From Kudoa neothunni (lineage: Eukaryota > Animalia > Cnidaria): a stretch of 64,000 bases of DNA. Location: assembly GCA_964304625.1 (NCBI GenBank), contig OZ199839.1, forward strand, positions 11,513,036 through 11,577,035, in the 5' to 3' direction. Both the position numbers and the translations under genes were made by a program. Positions 51,971 to 64,000 of this stretch are shown in pieces; position 1 is the stretch's first letter, and the number at the start of each line of letters is the position of its first letter. Under the pieces are notes generated by a model. It was not told where the DNA came from and ran no database searches. It was given only the letters and a program-made list of their open reading frames with translations.

Positions 51971-54388
51971 ATGAGTTTAAATTAAGACATATAGGCTTAC
52001 AATTAGATTTAAACCCATGGGCTCTTGTATTTATATGCGCTGTATTTACTAACAGGCGTCTTAAAAATATTTCTCGTACCTCAGATTAAAGTGAATACAC
52101 TGGTAGGAAAAATACAACTAAAATACCCCGAAATTGTGGCGCAATCATCTAGATACATCCGAAAAGTGGTTTAAGTCGATTTAAAAAAATTTGAATCCAA
52201 TTGATAGCCATTAATTAACGACAATTTTTTTAAATTCATATTAAAAAATGTTTAAGACAGAAACGTACATGTGTCGTAAATGATTGGGGATGACTTATTC
52301 AAGTTAAACTGCGCACATTGAGACATATTTTATTAAAAGTTTCTACCTACCACTTGATGTGTTTACGTTTCATTTCAATTATAATTTATATATTACATAA
52401 TATTAGATTCAAAAAATGTGATTGTACTTCTTGAACAATATAAATAGGGCAGACAAGATGATTAATTTTTGTTCTTAGAATTTTTTACTAACTTTTGCAT
52501 AATAAATTAGATTAAAAATTGTTATATTAAAGTAAGAAATCATATTTAAAATATTTTCTCTAATGGAGGAGTTATTTGTTTCCAGGAGAGGAGCCAGTCC
52601 AGAGAAGGGACTAAATGGATCCATGAGGACAGCCACTGTCTTCTTCATATTAACCCTGCACTACTCATTTGTATTTTAAGTTGACTCAAATATTCATTAT
52701 AGTTCCTGGAAAAACACTTGGATATCCATTTTAGTTTCCAATAAAGCCTGGCACATAAATCGCGAAATTTTACTTAAACAAACCAGTATAATTCCTACCT
52801 CTTATTTTGAAGGATTGGTCCATTATGTTTCTGCGAATTACCTCTACTTGAGTCGGGTATATCCACATATTCTAGTGTGCTGAAGGTGTAAAATGGATTT
52901 GTTGACATTAAGAAAATGCTATAATAATGTTTTAGAATCAGAATATAGCTTCTATAGTGTATATTCAAAACGATGGATTAATTTTTGGAACGCTTTCTAA
53001 TAATCCAACCAAAACTTCGGAATCGACATTTTTCCTACGTCTTCATGGAATGGAGTTTTATGTCCTCACAGAAAATTGTTACTGCTATGGGTTGAATATG
53101 CTGAGATATTTGATTCACTTTAAGTTACTCACAGTAATAGAGAAATATTTAAAACCAAAAATATGTTTATAAATTGTAGGATGCAGTCAGACATGATGAT
53201 CACGACACAAATGATAAGCTGACAATCCTTGACCCATGCATTTTAAATTCGAAAGTTCCGATAAATTACCATTTTGATAGTAATTATATTTGTTACAACA
53301 CGAAGAAAATAAATGAGAACATAAAATTTGATTATATGATATATGGCCAATTTGAACCAGAACGCTGCATCTACTTGATGTATTTGGTACTAAGTGACGA
53401 GAACCTGAGTCCAAAAAATAGCCAATGTGCTTTAAAGCAATTAAATATAATTTTTAAGCAAAAATCAGGTATTAAGGTATTCAGATATTTGACTGATAAT
53501 GATTTATTGGAAAATAATTCTTCTGTCATAATCCATTTAGTTAGTATATGATTTGAATGTCAAATTAACGGACGATGAAACAGATATGAACTTATTGATG
53601 TCAAAAATCAACACAATATGTAGTACAACAACCAAAACCGAAATGAACTACGTAAAATCATGTCGAATAATATCTTTTTAACTAATAGATGTTACTAGCC
53701 TACCGAGATAAACAATAAGTGTTTTCTACTCATGTATATGTACGTCATTATCGCGTTACATACAAAATCTGAATCTAAATACCCAATTTTGTTTTCACCA
53801 ACGATCCATAATAGTATGTATGGTATGTTCTTGTTTGACCCTAGGTCGCACGTTTTCGGTTCTCCGTCAGTGTTTGAATCGCTCAGAGAATTAGAATTAG
53901 TAAATAAATTAGGATAATTTATTCTATATATATTTGATGTATAGCCCTCATCAAGCGTCGAGGAAGAAGTGTGGGATTCATCAACCACTCAAGAAACGGT
54001 GTTGGACTCATCGAGTGCTGAAGAAGAGACGACAATAACACCAAGTGTTGAGGAAGAGACTTTGTACTCTTCAAGCACGGAGAAAGTGAGTAAGGTTCCA
54101 TTCATTACATCAACTATACCACCATCAAAACACATTGCGTCTGTTGAAGAACCTTCCAAATATATTCCCTCTAGTTTTACAGTAGTTGAAACCGTTTTAG
54201 TTCCTTTTCAACCCGATAAAATTCTTATTTTGGATATCAACATTAAAACAAAGCTTGATACCTTGGATCGATATACTAGCACTGCCGGGTTTGTTATTTG
54301 TGCAGTAGCGGTGGCGGTAATGATGGTCACGTTGTGGTTTTTGGTCAAGACATCAAAACCTAATCGAAGCAATAATAGGAATCCATAA
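51971..54388 (+). pseudogene. GDA1/CD39-like paralog C with a Ser/Thr/Glu-rich stalk and C-terminal TM; 3' two-thirds intact, 5' part with lesions
   Basis: NPWALVFICAVF; KWIHEDSHCLLHINPALLI (ACR2 position); IIPTSYFEGLVHYVSANYLY (ACR3, EG kept); SVYIQNDGLIFG (ACR4 position); LRLHGMEFYVLTENCYCYG; ILDPC..C..YMIYG...C...NSQCA; ICS; KCFLLMYM; then ORF 53969 with the stalk, TM AGFVICAVAVAVMMVTLWFLV and a short basic tail. Confidence 0.78.
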
Positions 54389-55599
54389 ATCATATCCGTC
54401 GATTTCTCATATCAACATTAAAACATAAAATAAAAACCTATCGTGCATTTTTATGAGCATAATCTGTTTTATTTTTGTTCGAATATATGTCCTCTATTTT
54501 GCAACACGAAATATTACATTATTAGCCTTCGAATACCTAGATATTACCAATCTGCTTCTATTTTATCAATAACTTTCACAAATCAATTTATTTTCGTGGT
54601 TCCCTCTTTTTATTTAATGGTATATTTTAAGAATTAACAATTCTTAAATATTGGAGAGTTTAATTTTGTTATTGCATGTAAACTCCAAAAAAGAAACTAA
54701 GTTACCTAAATATTTTAGAGTGACCATTGTGACTACCTTATAAATAATGGCCTTTAAATAATTTAATATATAAGCGAGTTATGCTAAAATAAGATAAATA
54801 TAATAGAGGTCTTTAGATAAGTTAAAATATCTAAAAGCTGAGGCGTTCTCTTCCGTACATTATTTGGTTTATTTTAATAAAAATATTATACTTATAAAAA
54901 AGAACATTAATTGATGGAAACTCAACACAAGCAATTCTAAATTCTGGCCGAATCCTTCTTCGATCAACGTCAGCTTCACGATTAGTTTCTATTATGTTGC
55001 AATAAACACACACTCATATGTTTTCGTTTAAATGACTTAATTCATTGTTCCAATGTTTAATAATATTTTTAGGATTTGCATCATTCAGAATTAAGAGTAA
55101 GTAAATGAATTATAATGTCTTTTAGTCATTCACTAACATTTAAATTTAGTTATTGTGTAATAATTTTAATAATCTGTATTTAAATTAAAGATACATTTTC
55201 TGATCCATCTATTTTAAGTAGATATTGTTTTTGTGTATTGATTCCCTGAAGAATTTTGACATACTGAATTTTAATTTAACCGGTTCGTTCCTAATGATGC
55301 GATATGGCATCATTTTGTTAATTAGTGAATTTCTCTGTTATTTTAAATTTCTGAAAGACAAAATTTGTCATATTATTAGATGAAAATCAATTTTATCAAT
55401 AAAATTTTTTTAAAATGTTAGATCTATATATTTTTATGGTATAAAATAGATAATAATACTTGCTATTGGGATTAGAAAAGCTGATCCTTTCGAACGATAA
55501 TTATAAGACTGAAGAAACTATTTTATTCAACTAATAAAAATTTATTGTATTAGTCTAATTAAATAACTTTAAAAATTAGATTCAAATAGAGGAAAGTTT

Positions 55600-57826
55600 T
55601 AACATTAAGGCCTAAAATGACAAATAAACAATGATACTATATGGCTCTTTGAGTGTTGTGGTGTCGCTCTTGAACAAAATTTTTTTTAATTCGAATAGCA
55701 CGTTAATTCGGAAAAAACAGAAGAGTTTAAACTATTTATCATGTGAAGAAACAAAACTTTTAATCGTAAACTAGATAATATTTTTGATTATAAAAATAGT
55801 TAAAAACTACCATATAGTTTTAATATTTGATGCAAATCAGAATTGTTACTAGTTTCATTAAGGAAAAAAAATAAAACTAATGTTTATCCATTACCAAAGT
55901 GATAGATGTCGAAAGAATAAAACACGCATTCAAACTTTAAATATGATTCATAATACCAACTCATCAAGCGAATTTTGGAAATACGTTCACGAATCCAAAT
56001 ATTCAAAACTAGAAAAAATTTGCCTCAAACTTGTTTCTATATTTGGAAAAACTTATTGTTGTAGGCTTATTTATTCACCAATGAAGTCTGTAAAATCGAA
56101 GTATCACGGATCTCCCCCTCGCAAACAAACACCTGACGGATCTAATTCGTACAGCGTTAACAACATACGAAGCAAATTATTGTCAGATCACTGATAATAT
56201 GGAAACATAATAAATTGTAACATCAGAAACAATTTCTAGAAAAATTTTTACTAAAGCATTAAACTCTTGTGTTATTATCTTGTTCGTAAATATTTAATTT
56301 TATTTTTGGTGATACTACCATATATGACTAAATATGAAAAATATTTTATTATTATTGCGACTTTTTCCATAGAGAAAATGTCTCTTAGATCATTATCTAT
56401 TAATTTACTTTTTTTGAATAATCATCATAAATTATACCTGTAATAATTATAAGTTTTCTAGCGATTAAGTGAATAAGAAAAAATGGAAAAACCTTTATTT
56501 ATAATTATACAACAATTTATCTTACTGGATTTTACTTCCAAAACCGGATTGCGTCCTAAAGTACGTCTTGTTAAAAAAACATGTCAAGTAGTCAGCACAG
56601 CAACGAAATTAGAGAAATCGCCATTGGTTTGGTGATTAATGAATGGAAATCCCTAAAACAGGTGGCTTACAATCTAAAAATTCCAAGGACTACCCTCAAC
56701 GACATGATAAAAAAATACAGAAAACCCGAACCGACGGAAAAAAGGCCTGTGTGGCGGTGCAAAAAGATTAAACTAACTGAGGATAATAAACGTCATCTTC
56801 TGGAATTAGTAACTGATGATTGCATCATTATGATCACATCAAAGATAGAGAAACTCAACATAGATATTAGCCAAACTACCATTCGGAGACGGCTTAAGTC
56901 ATTGAAGATATCTTTTAAAATGGCACGGCGGATACCTCAGTGCAGGAATTGTATGCAAGTGAAGCAAGAGAGAAAGGACTATGCAACATGGTATACAAAC
57001 CTTCCAATTAATGTAAGGTATGAACAATTAATCTCCATGGACGACGACCCATTTTCCGTCCATATGCTTTGTTCTCACCGGGGTTCTCCTGTTGGAACTA
57101 CACCGACTCCAGTTGTAGTAAATGACAGAGGACCTAATGTCACGATGATTATTGCAGTGCGTGCATTGCGAAGCGATAACCGGTGGAGTAAACTGTTCCA
57201 TTTTTCAAGAATTTTTACGCAAAATCCAAGAAATATTAGGAAAAGGAGATTACATTATTTTAATGGACAATGTAAGATTCCATCACTCAAACCTCAAACG
57301 TGGAATTTTATGATGATTATCCTTATGAGTTTAGATATCTCCATCGGTACTCTCCATTTTTAAACCCAAGTGAAGAGGTTTTCTCACAAAATAAAGGAAA
57401 TGTGAGAAAAGACGGTTCAATTAGTGGAAACTCTAATTTATTAGATACAATGGGAATCTGTGTGCAAGTTGTCATTGAATCCAACAAGAAGAATTACTTT
57501 CGGCATTGCAAAACGTTTTTGACTTCATGTCATATATTAAAGGATATGTTAAGAGATTAACAACAAATACATATTAAAAATATATAATACTTAACACAAT
57601 TGTGAGTTTTTTATAATTTTACCACGTTTTTATAGGACAATCCGGTTTCGAATGTCAGGAGATACGGTTTTGGAAGTAAAATCTGGTAATATTCACCAAC
57701 AATTTCCCAAAAATTTAATTTCCAAATAAGAAAGAGATACATAAATGATTTTAATGCCTTGTGACTCTTGAAAATTTGGACAATCTTAAAGTTGGCTCCC
57801 GATCTGGATAAGTCTAACCACCCCTG
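55600..57826 (+). mobile_element. Degenerate hAT (Buster/GTF2IRD2-like) element interrupted by an IS630-like element
   Basis: ORF 55880 (EFWKYV..SKY..L...IFGKTYCC...S.MK.VKSKY) is a hAT dimerisation domain. The right end ...CCACCCCTG is at 57826. The left end is approximate. Confidence 0.6.
56525..57686 (+). mobile_element. IS630/Tc1-like element with TIRs and a frameshifted transposase
   Basis: Termini are TA|CTGGATTTTACTTCCAAAACCG ... CGGTTTTGGAAGTAAAATCTGG|TA. HTH plus RGPNVT, MDNVRFHH and YSPFLNPSEE motifs (ORFs 56581, 57300). Confidence 0.92.
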
Positions 57827-57949
57827 CCATACGGCATCATTTGGCGGAGGTCGATTACGCGTGGAAGAATGGTGATGGATGCTGATTTTATTATTAAAAA
57901 AATGGAGAGGATGATAATACAGCTTATATTACTTCCAGATCCTGGAAAA

Positions 57950-59109
57950 TCCGATGCTGGTGGTATTTTTTGGGAGAAATAATAATTTTATGTTTGTAAA
58001 TGAATTAATTGATTAACTATGAGAAGGGCATTGATCTAATAACATAAGAACGTTTCTGTTTTCTCTAAAAAATTTATTGTCCAAATCTTTTTGTATCTCA
58101 TAGAAAATAGCCGCTGATATTCAACCATTTTTTTGAGAGAAACACTTGCAAGGAAAATCATTCGCCCCTTTATAACAAGGTGGTTTTTGAAACTTACCAA
58201 AAACAAAGAGCGAAAGTTTTTCTCCAACCAAAGATGCAGTTACCAACACGGTCACACTTTTTTTTGATCGTTTACAATCCCTCTCTTCGATTTCGTCTTT
58301 TGTTGTATATTAAGTAAGTTGGGGAAGTTGTTTGTAAAAAACAGAAAATTCGTCAAGATTAAATATATTTTCATGATTGTAATTACTCATTATATCCGAA
58401 TATAGTCCAACCCATTCATTATTTGCCATCACATCCGCACTACCTGCCTCGCCGTGAAGCTTTGGATTTTTCAAACTGAACGATGTTTTGAAATTACAAA
58501 ATCATCCATTACTAGAATGAAAATCTTCGACTTAAGATCATTTGCTATAATCATCGCCATTTCTTTAATTATAAATTTTCAGATGTTTTTCTTTTTTTCT
58601 CGCATGCTAACTATCCTATTATACAACTTACTTTCAATCTGAGTGTATTTTCCCAGAGAAACTCGTGTTTGGTCAATTGAAACGTTTGAACTAATAAGTT
58701 CATTTTTTTATAACGTTGTATCGAGAGAGGAATGACCAATCCTGATTTGTCAAAAGCTAAAATCTAGTCATTATTTGGCAGGTTAAAATGTTTCATTGTT
58801 ATCATTTTTCCCCAGATATTGTTTTAGTTGCGTCGTAATATTGAATTATTCGAATGTTTTCTTCTCTGCTTCTTTGAGATCGTCCAATCATTATTTGGTT
58901 GGGTCAAATATAGGATTAATCGTATTATTTTATCAAAAACGCCACGCAATAACTAAGCCATCGATTTCGGTAATTTTGAGTTTCATTGAATCAACAACTA
59001 ATAATTGCGATTTTTAAAAATGTTACCTATTAATTAGAATACTTTTTGAAACTTTTTAAGTTAGAAAACAACGAAAAATCTTTAATTACGCTATATCGAG
59101 GCCTCACTG
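57950..59109 (-). mobile_element. Tigger/pogo (TIGD-like) transposase pseudogene with its 5' TIR
   Basis: Minus strand reads HGEAGSAD...NIFNLDE..VFYKQLP, KRSKKSVTVLV and EKL..FVFGK..KP. The terminus is TA|CAGTGAGGCCTCGATATAGCG at 59109. Confidence 0.85.
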
Positions 59110-59267
59110 TAATACGATGGTTGTTGACCAACCTGGTATTCTTAGGATTATCGGGATTATTAACGAATTTATTTGCGCTATAATTCTGTATTCTTTTTTT
59201 CATCCATCAAAATATTTAATATTTCGTCTTACAGAATTTTTTTGTAACAAGCGGTAAAATAAAAATC

Positions 59268-59328
59268 TAGGGTGATTTTCTACCTCAGAGTCCATCAGAG
59301 TGGAGTCCACTTTCTGTCCATCAGAGGG
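59268..59328. mobile_element. Solo piggyBac-like terminus
   Basis: ...GTCCATCAGAGGG|TTAA with an internal GTCCATCAGAG repeat. Another solo AGAGGG|TTAA end lies at about 46996. Confidence 0.5.
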
Positions 59329-60065
59329 TTAAAGTGATTTATAAATTCCCCAACGTAGGTAAATATAAATGATCCAAAATAAGTCATTAGAATTTTATCA
59401 ATGGTTCGGTTTATTTATATAATATAAGAGACTTGGAATACAATATAAACGTATACACTAACAATTCTTCATTTAATATGAATGATTTTGGATTAGTACG
59501 ATTTAACGTTCAAACGTGTTCTAATTATATTCAAATAATCATATTGTCGTTACAAATACTTTATAAGAAATACTTTATTAAAGATTGTTGATGACGCGAT
59601 TTAATTGCGTCCGGTCACTTGCTGATGAATCGTTTAATTAAATCTTTTTCATATTATTAAATGAAATTATAAAAAAATTAACTACTTTCGTAATTTAGAA
59701 AATACATAGTTAAATGTTGATAATTTAGTTTTATTATTTGGCGAATTCTGCTTTAGATTTAAATTAAAAAATTTTGAAAATTTAAAAACTAACGTTACAT
59801 ACATTTTCGTATAATTATTGAATAGAAAAATAATCTGACTATTAAACTGTCATTCCAATAAAAAGTTCCATTTCCCCTTATTGTTTTATGATATCATTTG
59901 TCAATTAATTACTCTCTTATGAATATAAATCAAACATCTCTTCTAATTCTCAAAAATTTGGTTTATTAACGACCGCAGCTTCCTTCTATTGTATTGTGTG
60001 TGCATCATTATGAATGTATCCTTTGGAATGATTGACCGTAATATGGCCATAACCAATTACACTTA

Positions 60066-61700
60066 CCATAAATCCTCGTGTATAAGCCGCATCTATCATG
60101 CCAAACTAATTTTATCGGTCATCCCCAATACATTCTTACATTCATTTAACACATTTAATTTAATCTAGTCACATAATTCAATCGCCAAGTCTACCGTCAT
60201 TGCCTGTCGTCACACGCGCGAGTTGTTGACGGAGTTGCAATCCACCAGGAGTGATCTCACCCTTGCAGAGGAAGTGTTACGCCCGTAGTAAATTATGGAA
60301 AGCAACGAATGACCTAACACATTTTTAAACTATGTCATCGAAAAGGGCAAGCTACGAATCTGCGTTTAAATTGAAAGTTGTGAATGTGTCTTTGGAAACT
60401 ACCACCCGAAAATGCGGCTGCTGGCTGTTTTTGGCATAAATGAAAAGAAAATTCGCAAATGAAAGAAAGCTTAAGAGAGCTTGAAGGATGATTCCACGAT
60501 CAAAGTGTGCGAGAAGAGGAAAACAATGTCAATGACCCAAACTAGAAATCTCCTTAGATGCTTTGGTAGCAGAAAGAAGGAATGTGGGTTTCATCATCAC
60601 TAGAAACAACATTCAAATTGAGGTTATAAAGATGTTCAAGAAGAACCGTGAGTTGTTTCAAAATTTCAAAGCTTCGAGTGGTTGGTTGAACAGATTCATG
60701 GACTAGAAATAATTTAGTCTTACGCCAAACAACGAAAAATTTCTCAAAGCGACCCTAAAGGCTTGGAAGATGAAATAATTTCTTTTATACAATTCATCAT
60801 AAAACATGCAAGCAGCACAATTACTTTCTCAACAATATTGAAATATGGATAAAATTCCCAATTTTTTTTGATATGGTTGGGAACAAGAAGGTCAACAATG
60901 TCGGAGAAAAAGAAATATGCGTGACATCAACAGGCATCAGAAGAAACACTTCACTGTGATTTTAGCTTGTTTAGCCAATTGAATTAAGTTCAAGTCTATG
61001 GTGATTCTCAAGAGGAAAACATTTCCTTAAAAAGAAAAGTTTCCTCTTGGCATCGTTCCCCATGTACAGGAGCGTGGTTGGGATGAATAACGAAGGGGGT
61101 CTGAAATGGATTAATGACGTATGATCTAAACGTCCTGGTGGCTTATTGAAGAAACGTTCGCTTTTGGAATGGGGAAAGTTCAAATCTCATCTTGTGGAAC
61201 ATGCCAAGCAGCATTTGCAGAAAAAAAAACACAGACATTGCTGTTATACCTAGTGGTTTGACAACAATTCTCCAGCCTCTCGATGTTTCACTAAATGAAT
61301 CTTTCAAAGAGAGGCTTCGAGCAGCGTGAAACGAATGGATGAACATGGAAACCATCAGGTTATTCGTGGTGGAAACTTCAAAGTCCCCTGTTTACCCCAA
61401 TGTGTTTCAATGGATTCTGCAAGCCTGGGAGGATTGAAGCCGAAATAATTTTAAAATCCGTCAAGAAGTGTTACCATCAGCATTGCAATGGATGAATCAG
61501 AGTACCCCGATGTTTTATGGGAGCATGACGAAGAAACTTCACGTTCTGGATTCCGATAAATTCGATCCTTACGACGACTCAGTTTTTGGAATCAAGTGTT
61601 AAAGATATCGGATGACAGTGACTAACATTAATTATCTCATTACTTGAGTAAAAATGCCGGATATTCCCTAGTGTCTTATGGTTGAATAAACTATTTGTAG
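60066..61700 (+). mobile_element. pogo (POGK-like, Brinker DBD + CENP-B HTH + DDE_1) element, pseudogenised
   Basis: Left end is TA|CCATAAATCCTCGTGTATAAGCCGCA. Motifs: MSSKRASYESAFKLKVV, FKASSGWLNRFM, NMDKIP.FFDM, IPSGLTTILQPLDVSLN.SFK. I did not find the right TIR. Confidence 0.9.
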
Positions 61701-61818
61701 CATTTGTACATTCCAAAAGGTACGTTAACCATCAAACATAGTGACAAGTTTCTAGATATAATTTTTAGACTGTGTGTATGTCATTATATAAGGCTCATTC
61801 TATGCTATAATCTTGGAC

Positions 61819-62396
61819 CAGGGGTCGGGAGCCTATGACTCGCGAGCCAGATATGGTTCTTTTGATGACAGCGTTTGACTCGCAGACAAATTTTCAAATA
61901 AAATTTCTTCGTTAAACTCTTTTTATCAAATGCGAAACGTTAACTATGGGAAATCGGTTACTAACTATATTACACATTGCAGCGTGTGAGTTTTACTGTA
62001 ATAACAATGTTTGGCTCTACGTATTCATGTGAGCAGTCTTTCTACATCTAAATAACATTAAGACCAAACTACGGTCAAGTTTTAAAGATGGAAGTCCCAA
62101 TGCCTGCATGAAGCTTAATCGTGCCACTAATCAACCAGATTACAAAGCCATCGTGCAAAATCACGCTGAACTAGAAGTAACACTGATGATGAAAAAAATT
62201 CTTCATTAGATAGCAATAACGTAAAAATGACATTTAAAAGAATTTGGTGACTTATTTTAGTTTAAACTGTTGGAATTATATAAAACGCACACACGTTCTA
62301 TTTTTTATTTTAAGGCATGTTGTATGGCTCTCATGGAATAAGATTTAACAATATGCGGCGTAGGTCTCTCTCATCAAAAAAGGTTCCCAACCCCTG
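61819..62396 (+). mobile_element. Non-autonomous hAT (Charlie/Buster-type) element, copy 2
   Basis: TIRs are CAGGGGTCGGGAGCCT ... AGGTTCCCAACCCCTG, with TSD TCTTGGAC/TCTTAGAT. The remnant reads TMFGSTYSCEQSF...IKTKLRS...NACMKLN..QPDYKAI. Confidence 0.9.
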
Positions 62397-63461
62397 TCTT
62401 AGATCCCTTCAATATTTCATTCTGAATTATTCGTAGTAAAATATTGATATTTCTCAATTATTTATTAGCCTAGGGACAATTAATTTACGCTTTCTCAATG
62501 AAAAACTATTAAAATTTTCACAAATACTACATCTAACAGTGATGTATTGGTAGTACATCTTAACAACTATAGTGTTGAATAATTTCTCGTAGTCATGTAC
62601 GAGTAAATAATCATTGTCCTGGCATTTAAATTCTATGTAATCCATATTGTATAACAAATGCCAAAAAAGAATATTTATGATTAAATTTAATTTAACAGTG
62701 AAGGAATAATTTTCGAGTATTTTAAAACTATTAATATTACAAAATATGTTAAAATTATAAAATGTATTGTTTAATTGTCACAATTGAGGTTACACAATTA
62801 TTAGACTCACTTCGAATTGAGGTTTGGTCTAAATTAAAAATTTTTTTATATAAACTAAATGTTTTCACTCAGTATTTTTTTTATACATAAAACAATCTTA
62901 AATAATTGGAGAGTAAATAACATGAACAAAAGAGTGTTTTTTCTTGGTCACAGACTTCTAAAATTATCTATGATTAATGTTGTTATTCAACTTTCTTTTA
63001 ATAAATTACTCTCGAATGTTGTCAATCAATAATAATTTTTATTTAAGGTCGTTACATGAATTAATAAAATGGGATAGATTTACATCCTATTTTTATTGCA
63101 AGTTGTAATTTTTACTATTACTTATAAATCAAGTGACGAATAATATTCCATTAGAGCTGATCCGAATAATAATTACATTGAAAATAAGAAGAATATACGA
63201 AAGAAATTCCGTATTACCAATAACACTCAGATGCGAAATTTTTAACAGGTAATGTGTTGGTGAGAAAGTGTTAAAGGCGTTTCCAAAAATAGGTATTAAT
63301 TCTCACAGTCTCGCCACTCGGATAGGACGTAGTATATATTTGATAAAGCGTGATGCATACAACAGAGTCAATTGAAGACAACTATGATTTAGAGCATACC
63401 AGCTATAGAGAGAAAAATGACAGTATATTTAAACAAAAATAGTTACCTAAGAGTTATTAAA

Positions 63462-64000
63462 ATGGTTTCAGATATTCCAGACTCAAACGTGGAAATCAAA
63501 CCAAAAAGTAATGGACAAGAACATATAAAAGAAACAGAAAAACATTACCTGTGTGTCAAGCATGATTGTAAATCTAAGGCAATGTTTTTCTGTATAACTT
63601 GTTTGTTACTGGGGCCATACCTTATGGGAATAATTGTATCCACTGGTGATGATTTAAGAGTATGTGCTGTTCTATCTATTTATTAGTACAATGTGCAATG
63701 ATATTCTCTATATTAGAGACTACAAAAAGTTTTTCTTTTCCCATTAAAAGACGACTACAAATATTATACGCTTAATAGCCTCTTTCCAATATTTGGTGTA
63801 ATTGGATCATTTTTTAGTGCAATTGTATCAAATTCGTGCGGAAGGTAGCGTTTTAATATTAGTCAGGATGATTCAAAATATTTTTAGACAATACACAACC
63901 ATGTTCTCCACTCAACTAATTATCATCTCCAGTTGTTTCATCCTTATTTCCAACAAGAAATCATTGACCTTGTATTATATTTCAAGAGCAATTGATGGGT
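63462..64000 (+). CDS. MFS sugar transporter (SLC2/GLUT/Tret1-like), 5' part, continues beyond the window
   Basis: Spliced with GT-AG introns: TM1 AMFFCITCLLLGPYLMG|...NSLFPIFGVIGSFFSAIVSNSCGR|QYTTMFSTQLIIISSCFILIS...YYISRAIDG. This fits the sugar-porter TM2-GR-TM3-TM4 R..G pattern. An alternative start lies at 63417. Confidence 0.8.

Noticed and set aside
52570-52650. CFQERSQSREGTKWIHEDSHC as an LDL-receptor class A repeat
   Set aside because: It lacks the Cys and DxSDE pattern and fits the pre-ACR2 helix in the CD39-ordered context.

Overview
This is very AT-rich eukaryotic genomic DNA with tiny GT-AG introns (mostly about 40-60 nt), which is why the ORF track misses most real genes. The gene style suggests a compact animal-parasite genome, possibly a myxozoan cnidarian (inference only). 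I reconstructed five apparently intact host genes by hand: TAF11 (-) head-to-head with GCC2/GCC185 golgin (+), mago nashi (-), a secreted five-domain Kunitz protein (+), and the 5' part of an SLC2/GLUT-like MFS sugar transporter (+, runs off the window). The main unexpected observation is three co-oriented, strongly diverged GDA1/CD39 (E-NTPDase)-fold paralogs at about 24.4-26.7, 39.1-40.2 and 52.0-54.4 kb. Their apyrase catalytic motifs are largely replaced, they carry stops or frameshifts, and one has gained a mucin-like stalk. Most of the rest is decayed, partly nested DNA transposons: hAT, piggyBac, pogo/Tigger, IS630/Tc1-like, Merlin and Mutator-like, plus possible Helitron-like and solo-LTR remnants. 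I saw no rRNA, tRNA or CRISPR. All homology calls come from manual translation and remembered family motifs, not database searches.
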